Below, in pieces: positions 30,891-42,313 of a DNA stretch of 64,000 bases. The DNA lies in NCBI GenBank assembly GCA_037445025.1, contig JBBILI010000018.1:4705-68704 (forward strand), in the 5' to 3' direction. Source of the stretch: Rhodospirillales bacterium. GTDB taxonomy: Bacteria; Pseudomonadota; Alphaproteobacteria; Acetobacterales; Acetobacteraceae. Under the pieces are notes generated by a model. That model made no database searches and was not told where the DNA came from. It was given only the letters and a program-made list of their open reading frames with translations. Numbering within the stretch: position 1 is the first letter of the stretch; the number at the start of each line of letters is the position of its first letter. The translations under genes and the position numbers were made by a program.

Positions 30891-31615
30891 CCCTGTCGCT
30901 GCCGCAGCTCGGTTTCGGCTTTCTCGCCGGGCTGCTGTCGATCCTGTCGCCTTGTGTGCTGCCGTTGCTGCCGCTGGTGTTTGGGCCGGCGGCAGCGGCA
31001 CATCGCTTCGGCATGGCGGCGCTGGCGGCAGGGCTGGTGGTGTCCTTCGTCGCAGTCGGTCTGTTCATCGCCACGATCGGGTTTTCCATCGGGCTGGACG
31101 GCGATGTGTTCCGCACCATCGCCGCCGTGCTGCTGGCGGCGCTGGGGGTGGTGCTGCTCAGCGGCGCGCTGCAGACGCGCCTGGCGGTTGCCTCTGGCGG
31201 CGTGTCCGACGCCGGCAGCCGGCTGATCGATCGGATCACGCCGTCCGGGTTGGGTGGTCAGTTCGTGCTGGGGCTGCTGCTGGGCGCGGTGTGGAGCCCT
31301 TGCGTGGGGCCGACCCTGGGGGCGGCTTCGGTGCTGGCGTCGCAGGGCAAGGATCTGCCGGCGGTGGCGTCGGTGATGATCGCCTTCGGCGCGGGCACGG
31401 CGATGCCGCTGCTGGCGGTGGGGCTGGTGTCGCGTCAGGCGCTGGCGCGCTGGCGCGGCCGCATGCTGCAGGCCGGAAAGATCGGCAAATACGCGCTGGG
31501 CGCCAGCATGCTCGCCGTTGCCGCCCTGATCCTCACCGGCACCGACCGCGCGCTGGAATCAGCCCTCGTGGCCGCATCACCCGCATGGCTGACCGACCTG
31601 ACAACACGATTCTAA
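30887..31615 (+). CDS. ccdA: Cytochrome c biogenesis / thiol-disulfide transporter CcdA (DsbD-beta family); apparent non-canonical (CTG) start
   Basis: 'GFLAGLLSILSPCVLPLLPLV' (TM1 Cys) and 'GAVWSPCVGPTLG' (TM4 Cys). The TM1 motif is encoded upstream of the first in-frame ATG/GTG/TTG (30956). The frame is open from 30842. CTG 30887 overlaps the thioredoxin stop (CTGA). Confidence 0.75.
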   Translation: MTLSLPQLGFGFLAGLLSILSPCVLPLLPLVFGPAAAAHRFGMAALAAGLVVSFVAVGLFIATIGFSIGLDGDVFRTIAAVLLAALGVVLLSGALQTRLAVASGGVSDAGSRLIDRITPSGLGGQFVLGLLLGAVWSPCVGPTLGAASVLASQGKDLPAVASVMIAFGAGTAMPLLAVGLVSRQALARWRGRMLQAGKIGKYALGASMLAVAALILTGTDRALESALVAASPAWLTDLTTRF

Positions 31616-31620
31616 CGAAT

Positions 31621-31694
31621 GAAAGTTTCTTTGGTTCTTTCTTTTCAAACAAAGAACTTCTTTTTTTGAAAAAAATGAAGTAAAAAAACTTTTA
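31621..31694. repeat. Tandem double AT-rich hairpin element (slightly degenerate copy)
   Basis: GAAAGTTTC...GTTCTTTCTT-TTCA-AACAAAGAAC then CTTCTTTTTTT-GA-AAAAAATGAAG + tail AAAAAAACTTTT. It fills the gap between the convergent ccdA and argJ stops. Confidence 0.85.
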
Positions 31695-32921
31695 ACTTCT
31701 GTAGGAGCCGTTGATGTCGATGTAGCCGTGGGTCAGATCGCAGGTGTAGGCGGTGGCGCGGCCGGATTTCAGGCCCAGGTCCACTTCAATGTGGATCTCC
31801 TGGCCTTTCATGTGCGCCACCACGGGCGCCTCGTCATAGCCGGGCACCACCGTGCCCTGGCGCGCCATCCAGGTGCCGCCGATGGCCACGGACAGCAGAT
31901 CCCGATCCGCCGGCTCCCCCGCCTTGCCCACCGCCATCACGATGCGCCCCCAGTTGGCGTCCTCCCCGGCAATCGCGGTCTTGACCAGCGGCGAATTGGC
32001 GATCGCCATCGCCACCCGCTTGGCCGATTTCGCCGTCACCGCCCCGCTGACATCGATGCGGATCAGCTTCTGCGCCCCCTCGCCGTCGCGGATCACCTGC
32101 AGCGCAAGATCGAGCAGCACCTCATCGAGCTTGCGGGCGAAATCGGCCAGCACACGCCCGCCATCCTCCGGCACCTTCACATGCTTCGCCTTGCCCGTGG
32201 CAAACAGCAGCACCGTGTCGGAGGTGGAGGTGTCGCTGTCCACGGTGGTGGCGTTGAAGCTGCCGGCGACGCCGCGGCTCAGCAGCCGCTGCAGCGCATG
32301 GGCGGGGATCTTGGCGTCGGTGGCGATGAAGCTCAGCATCGTCGCCATATCCGGCGCGATCATGCCGCTGCCCTTGGCGATGCCCACGATGGTGACGAAC
32401 CCTTCGCCGATCTGCGCCACACGGGTGCAGGCCTTGGGGAAGGTGTCGGTGGTCATGATGCCGCGCGCCGCGGCTTCCCAGCCGGACTCGGTGAGGCTGT
32501 CATGCAGCACGGGCAGGGCGTCGGTGATGCGCTCCACCGGCAGCTGTTCGCCGATCACCCCGGTCGAGGCCACGAACACCTGCTTGGCCGGCGCGCCCAC
32601 CAGCTTGCCGGCCGCCGTCGCCGTGGTCTTGGCCACCTCGGCGCCGGCCTTGCCGGTGAACACGTTGGCGTTGCCGGCATTGACCACCAGCGCCCGCGCC
32701 TTGCCCGAGCTCAGCGCCGCGCGGCACCAGTCCACCGGCGCGCCGGGGCAGAGATTGCGGGTGAACACACCGGCGACGGTGGTGCCGGCGGCGAACTCCG
32801 CCATCACCAGATCGGTGCGACCCTTGTAGCGGATGCCGGCCGCCGTGGCGCCAAGACGCACCCCCGCGATCACCGGCAGGTCCGGCAGAGGGACGGCGAG
32901 TGGGGAGATCTTGGTGGCCAT
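31692..32921 (-). CDS. argJ: Bifunctional glutamate N-acetyltransferase / amino-acid acetyltransferase ArgJ
   Basis: 'GVRLGATAAGIRYKGRTDLVM...NAGNANVFTG...ATMLSFIATDA...TVDSDTSTSDT' ArgJ autoproteolysis and active-site motifs. Confidence 0.95.
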   Translation of the reverse strand: MATKISPLAVPLPDLPVIAGVRLGATAAGIRYKGRTDLVMAEFAAGTTVAGVFTRNLCPGAPVDWCRAALSSGKARALVVNAGNANVFTGKAGAEVAKTTATAAGKLVGAPAKQVFVASTGVIGEQLPVERITDALPVLHDSLTESGWEAAARGIMTTDTFPKACTRVAQIGEGFVTIVGIAKGSGMIAPDMATMLSFIATDAKIPAHALQRLLSRGVAGSFNATTVDSDTSTSDTVLLFATGKAKHVKVPEDGGRVLADFARKLDEVLLDLALQVIRDGEGAQKLIRIDVSGAVTAKSAKRVAMAIANSPLVKTAIAGEDANWGRIVMAVGKAGEPADRDLLSVAIGGTWMARQGTVVPGYDEAPVVAHMKGQEIHIEVDLGLKSGRATAYTCDLTHGYIDINGSYRS

Positions 32922-32949
32922 GGCGGGCGTTTCCTGTGGATTTTAAGAG

Positions 32950-33080
32950 AAGCAAGGTCTTCTTTTCTGAAGAAAAGAAGCAAAAGACTTTTATCCGCTG
33001 TCGCAGACCTCTCCGGAGAGAACCGCGAGAGCGGACAAAAGTTTTTTGGTTCTTTTTTTCAAAAAAGAACCGCTTGCCTT
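32950..33080. repeat. Composite AT-rich hairpin element, opposite orientation to 13848-13969
   Basis: Type B hairpin at 32959-32980, a 67-nt core containing CTCTCCGGAGAG, and an inverted type A hairpin at 33048-33071. Flanks are AGAAGCAAGG / GCTTGCCTT. Confidence 0.9.
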
Positions 33081-33083
33081 AAC

Positions 33084-33986
33084 TCACTTCTTCGGCGGCG
33101 GCGTCGCCCCATCGGTCGGCTTCATCGGCGACCCGTCGGAGTTGAAGCGCTCCACCTTCACCAGGCCCTTGGCCTGATTGATCACCTTGTTGATGCCTTC
33201 GTTGATCATTGCCGTGCGCAGTTCGTCATGCGCCTGCTCGAAGGTGGGCGCCGGCTGGTTGCGGCGTTCCTCGAGCTTGATGACGTGCCAGCCGTAGCGG
33301 GTCTGCACCGGGGTCTGGGTGAACTCGCCTGGCTTCAGCGCGAAGGCGGCGGCCGAGAATTCCGGCAGCATGTCCGCGGCCTTGAAGAAGCCGAGATCGC
33401 CGCCCGAGGCCGCGGCCGGGTCGGTGGAGTTCGCCTTGGCGAGGGCGATGAAATCCGCGCCGCCGTTGAGATCGGCGATGATCTTCTTGGCCTGCGCCTC
33501 GGTCGGTACCAGGATGTGGCGGGCATGCACCTCTTCCTCGCCCGGCTTGCCGGCGATGTCCTTCTCGTAGCGCGCCTTGATCGCGTCCTCGGTGATGGAG
33601 GGGCCCACTTCCTTGCTGATCAGCGCGGACTGCAGCGCCCGGTCGCTGGCGGCCTGCATCAGCCGGGCCACCTGGGGCTCACGGTCGATATTCTGCTTTT
33701 TCGCCATGATCACCAGGGCGCGGCCGTCGATGGCCTGGTCGAGCAGCTGGGGATAGAGCTGCGCCGGCGGCAGGTTGCGGACTTCCTCGGGCAGTGTCTG
33801 CATCAGCACGTTGAGATCGGCGAGACGGATCTCAGTGCCGTTGACGCGCGCGATCACCGTCTCAGGCCCGGCGCCGCCGGCGAGATGGGCGGCCTGGGCC
33901 GGCGGAGCGGCCTTGGGTTGGGCGAGCAGGCCGGACGGAAGCAGGGCGAGCGAGACCAGAGCCGCGCCGAGGCGTAGAGACCGCAT
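33084..33986 (-). CDS. Periplasmic parvulin-type peptidyl-prolyl isomerase (SurA/PpiC family)
   Basis: Signal peptide; 'VHARHILVPTEAQAKKIIADLNGGADFIALAKANSTD...GGDLGFF...GWHVIKLEE' rotamase domain. Confidence 0.88.
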   Translation of the reverse strand: MRSLRLGAALVSLALLPSGLLAQPKAAPPAQAAHLAGGAGPETVIARVNGTEIRLADLNVLMQTLPEEVRNLPPAQLYPQLLDQAIDGRALVIMAKKQNIDREPQVARLMQAASDRALQSALISKEVGPSITEDAIKARYEKDIAGKPGEEEVHARHILVPTEAQAKKIIADLNGGADFIALAKANSTDPAAASGGDLGFFKAADMLPEFSAAAFALKPGEFTQTPVQTRYGWHVIKLEERRNQPAPTFEQAHDELRTAMINEGINKVINQAKGLVKVERFNSDGSPMKPTDGATPPPKK

Positions 33987-34112
33987 GTGTGTTCCCTTAG
34001 AGATGCCGCATGATGGCCGAAATGCGCTGGAAAGGCCAGACAGGCCCCCGTCAGATTGACCCGGGGGGTCGCCGGTCCTATCTGACGCAGACGCTTATTC
34101 CGAAGGCTCTCC

Positions 34113-36827
<2,715 letters not shown>

Positions 36828-36842
36828 ATCAAAGCTGGAAAA

Positions 36843-36866
36843 TTTTTTTTTCTTCAGAAAAGAAGG
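36843..36866. repeat. Degenerate solo type B hairpin remnant
   Basis: TTTTTTTTC-TTCA-GAAAAGAAG followed by GGCTTGCTT, the same right flank as the copies at 46911 and (in reverse complement) 32950. It lies 16 nt after the secA stop. Confidence 0.6.
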
Positions 36867-36915
36867 GCTTGCTTGAATTTCGTCTGCGGTGGGCTCAAGC
36901 CCACCCTACTGACAT

Positions 36916-37992
36916 TCACTCATTTACGCCCACGATCGCCGCGATCACCGCCTGCGTTACCTCCGTGGTCCGCGCCGCCCCTCCCAAATCCGGCGTGTGA
37001 TAGCGCCTGTCCGCCGTCACCGTCTCGATCGCCTTCATCAGCCGCCCGGCGGCGGCGCCCTCGCCGAGGTGCTCCAGCAGCATCACCGCCGACCAGAAGG
37101 TGCCGATCGGGTTGGCGATGCCCTTGCCCATGATATCGAAGGCCGAACCATGGATCGGCTCGAACATCGAGGGAAACGCGCGCTCCGGATTGATGTTCCC
37201 GGTCGGTGCAATGCCGAGCGACCCCGCGAGCGCCGCGGCCAGGTCGGACAGGATATCGGCGTGCAGGTTGGTGGCCACGACCGTGTCGATCGTCTCGGGC
37301 TTCATCACCATGCGCATCGTCATGGCGTCGACCAGCATCTTGTCCCAGGTGACATCGGGGAACTCGGCGGCGATCTCGGCGGCGATCTCGTCCCACATCA
37401 CCATCGCGTGGCGCTGCGCGTTGGATTTGGTGACCACCGTCAGCAGCTTGCGTGGGCGTGACTCTGCGAGGCGGAAGGCGAAGCGCATGATGCGCTGCAC
37501 GCCGGCGCGCGTCAGGATCGACACGTCGGTGGCGACCTCGATCGGCAGGCCCTGGTGCGCCCGCCCGCCCACGCCGGCGTATTCGCCCTCGGAGTTCTCG
37601 CGCACGATCACCCAGTCCAGCTCCGGGCCGGAGACGCTGCGCAGCGGCGAGGTGATGCCGGCCAGGATGCGGGTGGGGCGCACATTGGCGTACTGGTCGA
37701 ACGGCTGGCAGATCGCCAGGCGCAGCCCCCACAGGGTGATGTGGTCGGGAATGTCCGGGTGGCCGGCGGAGCCGAACAGGATGGCGTCGTGATGGCGGAT
37801 CTGGTCACGGCCATCTTCCGGCATCATGCGGCCGTGGCGCTTGTAGTAGTCCCCGCCCCAGTCGAAGTGATCGACCGTGAAGGTGAAGCCACCGGCGCGG
37901 GCGGCCAGCGCCTCCAGCACGGCCACGCCGGCCGAGATCACCTCGGGGCCGATGCCGTCACCGGGAATGGCTGCGATCCTGTAGGTCTTCAT
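36916..37992 (-). CDS. Tartrate dehydrogenase/decarboxylase (isocitrate/isopropylmalate dehydrogenase family)
   Basis: 'YRIAAIPGDGIGPEV...DWGGDYYKRHG...NLHADILSDLAAALAGSLGIAP' beta-decarboxylating dehydrogenase motifs. Confidence 0.85.
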   Translation of the reverse strand: MKTYRIAAIPGDGIGPEVISAGVAVLEALAARAGGFTFTVDHFDWGGDYYKRHGRMMPEDGRDQIRHHDAILFGSAGHPDIPDHITLWGLRLAICQPFDQYANVRPTRILAGITSPLRSVSGPELDWVIVRENSEGEYAGVGGRAHQGLPIEVATDVSILTRAGVQRIMRFAFRLAESRPRKLLTVVTKSNAQRHAMVMWDEIAAEIAAEFPDVTWDKMLVDAMTMRMVMKPETIDTVVATNLHADILSDLAAALAGSLGIAPTGNINPERAFPSMFEPIHGSAFDIMGKGIANPIGTFWSAVMLLEHLGEGAAAGRLMKAIETVTADRRYHTPDLGGAARTTEVTQAVIAAIVGVNE

Positions 37993-38123
37993 GGTCGGTC
38001 TCCGCCCTGCTGCGCATCAGATATGACAGAAGCGTATCCGGCACCAGTCGAAGCCATCTTGCCGATCCGGCGTGGCGCCAGCAGGGTGCAACGTTCGCCG
38101 CACGCCCAGCCCCAGGAACCGCC

Positions 38124-39062
38124 ATGAAGCTCGACCCCGCCGCCAAGGGCGTCTACCCGATCGCGCCCACCCCGTTCGACGCGGACGGACGCATCGATTT
38201 CGACTCCATCGACCGCATGACCGATTTCTACCGCAGCGTCGGCAGCACGGGGATGACCGTGCTGGGCGTGATGGGCGAGGCGCCGAAGCTGGACGGCGCG
38301 GAGGCGCTTGAGGTGGCCACGCGGTTCATCCGCCGCGCCCAGGAGCTGCCGGTGATCGTGGGCGTTTCCGCCCCTGGCTTCGCTGCCATGTGCAGCCTGG
38401 CGGTGGCGGCGATGGACGCAGGCGCCGCGGGCGTGATGATCGCGCCGCCCAACACGCTGCGCACCGATGACCAGATCACCGGCTACTACCGGCAGGCCGT
38501 CGAGGCGATCGGCGCCGATATCCCCTGGGTGATCCAGGACTATCCGCTCAATTTCACCGTCGTCATGACCCCCGGCGTGATCAAGCGGATCGTGACCGAA
38601 AACCCGTCCTGCGTCATGCTGAAGCATGAGGACTGGCCGGGGCTGGAGAAGATCTCGGCCCTGCGCGCCTGGCAGGCCGAAGGGTCGCTGCGGCCGATTT
38701 CCATCCTGTGCGGCAACGGCGGGCTGTTCCTGGATTTCGAGACCGAGCGCGGCGCCGACGGCGCCATGACCGGCTACGCCTTCCCGGACATGCTGGTGGA
38801 CGTGGTGCGGCTGCAGGCCGAAGGCGAGCGGGAGGCGGCGCATGACCTGTTCGACGCGCATCTGCCGCTGCTGCGCTACGAGCAGCAGCCGGCGGTGGGG
38901 CTCGCGATCCGCAAATACGTGATGGCGAAACGCGGCATCATCGCGTCGGACGCACAGCGCAAGCCGGCGATCGGCATGAGTGCCAAGGCGCGCGACGAGG
39001 TGAATTTCCTGCTTGGCAGGCTTGCCCGCCGTGACTCTCGGGCCACCGGTCTGGCGGACTGA
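38124..39062 (+). CDS. Dihydrodipicolinate synthase (DapA/NAL) family aldolase
   Basis: 'GVYPIAPTPFDADGRIDFDS...GMTVLGVMGEAPKL' class I aldolase N-terminus. The substrate cannot be assigned. Confidence 0.8.
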   Translation: MKLDPAAKGVYPIAPTPFDADGRIDFDSIDRMTDFYRSVGSTGMTVLGVMGEAPKLDGAEALEVATRFIRRAQELPVIVGVSAPGFAAMCSLAVAAMDAGAAGVMIAPPNTLRTDDQITGYYRQAVEAIGADIPWVIQDYPLNFTVVMTPGVIKRIVTENPSCVMLKHEDWPGLEKISALRAWQAEGSLRPISILCGNGGLFLDFETERGADGAMTGYAFPDMLVDVVRLQAEGEREAAHDLFDAHLPLLRYEQQPAVGLAIRKYVMAKRGIIASDAQRKPAIGMSAKARDEVNFLLGRLARRDSRATGLAD

Positions 39063-39069
39063 GGGGGGC

Positions 39070-39143
39070 TGGAGCGGGTGAAGGGAATCGAACCCTCGTA
39101 TGCAGCTTGGGAAGCTGCCGTTCTACCATTGAACTACACCCGC
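39070..39143 (-). tRNA. tRNA-Gly (anticodon CCC), CCA encoded
   Basis: The minus strand reads GCGGGTG-TA-GTTC-AATGGTA-GAAC-G-GCAGC-TTCCCAA-GCTGC-ATAC-GAGGG-TTCGATT-CCCTT-CACCCGC-T-CCA. This is a full 74-nt cloverleaf. Confidence 0.93.
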
Positions 39144-39224
39144 AGGCCGGCATGGCGGTTATAGGAAACCCGAGTTGACGGCGCAATCCACAGACCGTAG
39201 CGTTCGGGTCCCGCTATCGCGGGC

Positions 39225-39278
39225 CTCGTGATTTGTCCGGCCGGATTGCGGCGAGGTGAAACAAGCGCGCTAAAGAGG
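39225..39278 (+). promoter_or_regulatory. Probable SAM-II (metA-type) riboswitch in the metZ leader
   Basis: CTCGTGATTTGTCCGGCCGGATTGCGGCGAGGTGAAACAAGCGCGCTAAAGAGG carries the GUGAUUUG...UUGC...AAACAAGCGCGCUAAAG elements I recall for the alphaproteobacterial SAM-II consensus. It lies 79 nt upstream of a methionine-biosynthesis gene. Not verified with a covariance model. Confidence 0.5.
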
Positions 39279-39356
39279 CCAGCGGACGTCAAGCCGCGGG
39301 AATGGGCCCGTGGGCAGCCGCTGCATCCACGGTCGGCCCAGATAACAGGGCCCGTC

Positions 39357-40571
39357 ATGCCGAATCATCGCACCGCTCTCCGTCCCGCCACGCTCCTGGT
39401 GCATGGCGGCACTGAACGCACCGCCTATGGCGAAACCGCCGAGGCACTCTTTCTCACCTCCGGCTTTGTCTATGACAGCGCCGAACAGGCCGAGGCCACC
39501 TTCAAGGGCGAGGCCAGTCACTACCAGTATTCCCGCTTCGGCAACCCCACCGTCACCATGCTCGAGAAGCGCCTTTCGCTTCTAGAAGGGGCCGAGGCGT
39601 GCCGCGCCACCGCCACCGGCATGGCCGCCGTGCATGCCGCCATGCTGAGCCATCTCAAGGCCGGGGACCGCGTGGTGGCCTCCCGCGCCCTGTTCGGCTC
39701 CTGCCACTGGATCGTCTCCACCCTGCTGCCGCGCTACGGCGTCACCACCGTGTTCGTCGATGGCGCGGATCTCGCGGCCTGGGCGGAGGCGCTGGCCACC
39801 CCCACCACGATGGTGCTGCTGGAAAGCCCGTCCAACCCGATGCTCGATCTGGTGGACATCAAGGCGGTCTGTGACCTCGCCCATGCCGCCGGCGCGCTGG
39901 TGGTGGTGGACAACGTGTTCGCAACGCCGCTGCTGCAGAAGCCGTTCGAGCTCGGGGCCGATATCGTTGTGTATTCCTGCACCAAGCATATCGACGGCCA
40001 GGGCCGCGTGCTCGGCGGCGCCGTGCTGGGGCGGCAGAAATGGGTGGACGAGGTGCTGACCCCGTTCATCCGCAACACCGGCCCGTCGATCTCGCCGTTC
40101 AACGCCTGGCTGCTGCTGAAGGGGCTGGAAACGCTCTCGCTGCGGGTCACCGCCGCCTCCGCCACTGCCGAAGCCGTCGCCAACCACCTCGCCGGCCGCC
40201 CTGAAATCAGGATGGTCCGGTACCCCACCCGCACCGATCATCCGCAACACGAGCTGGCGCGGCGGCAGATGAAAGGCGGCAGCACGCTGGTGGCCTTCGA
40301 GCTGGCCGGCGGCAAGCCAGCGGCGTTTGCCATGATGAACGCGCTGCAGCTCGTCGCCGTGTCGAACAATCTCGGCGACAGCAAGTCGCTCGCCACGCAT
40401 CCCGCCACCACCACCCATATGCGCATCGGCGCGGAGGAGCGAGCCAAACTCGGCATCAGCGACGGCGCCATCCGTCTCTCCGTCGGACTCGAAGATGTGG
40501 CCGATCTGATCGCCGATATCGACCAGGCGCTCGATCATGTCACGCAATCCTCACGGCAGGCTGCGGAATAG
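39357..40571 (+). CDS. metZ: O-succinylhomoserine sulfhydrylase (Cys/Met-metabolism PLP enzyme)
   Basis: 'TLLVHGG...FVYDSAEQAEATFKGE...YQYSRFGNPTV...YSCTKHIDGQGRVLGG' with the PLP-lysine context. Confidence 0.88.
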   Translation: MPNHRTALRPATLLVHGGTERTAYGETAEALFLTSGFVYDSAEQAEATFKGEASHYQYSRFGNPTVTMLEKRLSLLEGAEACRATATGMAAVHAAMLSHLKAGDRVVASRALFGSCHWIVSTLLPRYGVTTVFVDGADLAAWAEALATPTTMVLLESPSNPMLDLVDIKAVCDLAHAAGALVVVDNVFATPLLQKPFELGADIVVYSCTKHIDGQGRVLGGAVLGRQKWVDEVLTPFIRNTGPSISPFNAWLLLKGLETLSLRVTAASATAEAVANHLAGRPEIRMVRYPTRTDHPQHELARRQMKGGSTLVAFELAGGKPAAFAMMNALQLVAVSNNLGDSKSLATHPATTTHMRIGAEERAKLGISDGAIRLSVGLEDVADLIADIDQALDHVTQSSRQAAE

Positions 40572-40630
40572 GCGAAGTAGCGCTAGAATGCCCTCGCCTG
40601 GCCTTCTCATGGCCCGGCGGGGGACATGCC

Positions 40631-41035
40631 ATGCCGGACGATTACGTCGCCACCACCCGCGCCATCCGCGTCAGCGTGCGCAGCTTCTACCTCGCCGACC
40701 AGTCCCGGCCGGACGACAGCCACTATGTCTGGGCGTATCGGGTGCGCATCGAGAACACCGGCGCCGAGACGGTGCAGCTGATCGCGCGCAGCTGGGTCAT
40801 CACCGACGGCATCGGCCGCATCCAGCGCGTGCACGGCCAGGGCGTGATCGGCCAGCAGCCGACACTCGATCCCGGCGAGACGTTCGAATACACCTCCGGC
40901 ACGCCGCTTGAGACCACGTCCGGCTTCATGTCGGGGACGTATCATATGAGCCTGCCCGGCTCCGGCGAGCGGTTCGATGTCGCCATCCCGACCTTCAGTC
41001 TGGACAGTCCTTTTCTCAATGTGCGCCTGCACTGA
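40631..41035 (+). CDS. apaG: ApaG (DUF525) protein
   Basis: 'IRVSVRSFYLADQSRPDDSHYVWAYRVRIENTG...QLIARSWVITDG...GEGVIGQQP'-type ApaG signature. Confidence 0.9.
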   Translation: MPDDYVATTRAIRVSVRSFYLADQSRPDDSHYVWAYRVRIENTGAETVQLIARSWVITDGIGRIQRVHGQGVIGQQPTLDPGETFEYTSGTPLETTSGFMSGTYHMSLPGSGERFDVAIPTFSLDSPFLNVRLH

Positions 41036-41164
41036 AGGGCCGATCTGCAGAACTACGCCCGGTGTCACGGCCGATTGACTTGCGGGATCGACACATCGTC
41101 CCACATCAACCTCATCGCTTTGCCCGAACAACGCGTGTTCGGGATCAGCCCCAAGGAACGACCG

Positions 41165-41785
41165 GTGAACATCGCCCACCCCAAGCCCGCGCCCGACCTG
41201 TCCACAACGCGCCCCACCCGCGAGGAGGCCGAGGCCGCCGTGCGGACCCTGCTGCTATGGGCCGGTGACGACCCCACGCGCGAAGGCCTGCTCGACACGC
41301 CGGACCGGGTGGTGCGCTCCTACGAGGAGTTCTTCGCGGGCTACACCATCGATCCTGTCGCCCTGCTCGAACGCACCTTCGAGGAGACCGACGGCTACGA
41401 CGAGATCGTGCTGCTGCGCGATATCCGGCTGGAGAGCTATTGCGAGCACCACATGGTGCCGATCATCGGCCGCGCCCATGTCGCCTATCTGCCCCACCGT
41501 CGCGTGGTGGGCATCAGCAAGCTCGCCCGCGTGGTGGAGGCCTACGGCAAGCGTCTGCAGATCCAGGAGAAGCTGACCTCGCAGATCGCCAATACGATCA
41601 ACGACGTGCTGCAGCCCAAGGGCGTGGCCGTGGTGATCGAGGCCGAGCACCAGTGCATGAGTACGCGCGGCGTCCACAAGTCCGGCGTCTCGATGGTGAC
41701 GAGCCGCATGCTCGGCGCCTTCCGTGACGATCCCACCACCCGGCGCGAACTGCTGACCATGATCGCACGGCCTTCCGCGGGGTGA
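41165..41785 (+). CDS. folE: GTP cyclohydrolase I FolE
   Basis: '[20 protein letters not shown]...[20 protein letters not shown]...[13 protein letters not shown]...[12 protein letters not shown]'. GTG 41165 follows AAGGAA. The start is provisional. Confidence 0.9.
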   Translation: MNIAHPKPAPDLSTTRPTREEAEAAVRTLLLWAGDDPTREGLLDTPDRVVRSYEEFFAGYTIDPVALLERTFEETDGYDEIVLLRDIRLESYCEHHMVPIIGRAHVAYLPHRRVVGISKLARVVEAYGKRLQIQEKLTSQIANTINDVLQPKGVAVVIEAEHQCMSTRGVHKSGVSMVTSRMLGAFRDDPTTRRELLTMIARPSAG

Positions 41786-41839
41786 TGCACCCCGGGCGCG
41801 CCGTATAGCCACACCCGATCCTTTTGGGTAGGGTGAGGG

Positions 41840-42193
41840 ATGCACCCGGTTCCGTTTGCAACCCGCTGGTGGCGCGGCCTGTGGGCCGCGGCCCTGTTGC
41901 TCGGTCTGCTGTCGCCGCAGCCGACACCGGCCGCGGTACCGGACTGGCTGGCCAGCACCATCTGCCACGCGCCCGGCGACGATGCGCCGGGTCATCCCAG
42001 CAACGGTGCGGCACCGCTTCTTCACTGTGCGCTGTGCCTGGTGGGTCAGGCCTTGGCGATGCCGCCGGCCGTGCCGGCGCCGGTGCTGCCCCGCGAGTCT
42101 CACGCCGACCTTCCGGAGACCACGCTGGCGCGCTGGCCGGGCCCTGGCCCTGAGCATGCCTATGCCTCCCGGGCGCCGCCTGCGACCATCTGA
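41840..42193 (+). CDS. DUF2946-like small Cys/His protein (copper-associated)
   Basis: Signal/TM segment 'WWRGLWAAALLLGLL', then 'ICHAPGDDAPGHP...LLHCALC'. The motif arrangement and the position next to PCuAC fit DUF2946. Confidence 0.55.
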   Translation: MHPVPFATRWWRGLWAAALLLGLLSPQPTPAAVPDWLASTICHAPGDDAPGHPSNGAAPLLHCALCLVGQALAMPPAVPAPVLPRESHADLPETTLARWPGPGPEHAYASRAPPATI

Positions 42194-42313
42194 CGAATCC
42201 TCGGTCCGGCGGCGCAGATTGTCTGCGCGTCTCCGAAACGATGGTCCTGACCGTCCCACATCGGTTCACGTCTGCCCTGCGCCCCGGCGCGGCAGCGCAA
42301 TTTGGAATAGTTC

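Noticed and set aside
36889-36906. Hairpin GGTGGGC-tcaa-GCCCACC between secA and the tartrate dehydrogenase gene as an intrinsic terminator.
   Set aside because: It has a 7-bp stem and no U-tract on either strand. It may contribute to termination between the convergent genes, but the evidence is too weak to list as a feature.
38938-39186. Track ORF 38938..39186 (minus strand, 82 aa, '...GCSSMVERQLPKLHTRVRFPSPAP...').
   Set aside because: It is the translation of the tRNA-Gly gene and its flanks, not a protein.
39070-39356. tRNA-Gly as the integration site of a genomic island or prophage.
   Set aside because: There is no integrase, no direct repeat of the tRNA 3' end and no foreign gene block on either side. 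The flanking genes (DapA-family aldolase, metZ) look native.
41118-41150. Hairpin GCTTTGCCCGAACA-acgcg-TGTTCGGGATCAGC upstream of folE as a THF-II (folE-motif) riboswitch.
   Set aside because: The position is right for that alphaproteobacterial class. However, the hairpin is short, does not sequester the AAGGAA RBS, and I could not match it to the conserved internal-loop nucleotides from memory. It needs cmsearch (Rfam folE/THF-II) before any claim.
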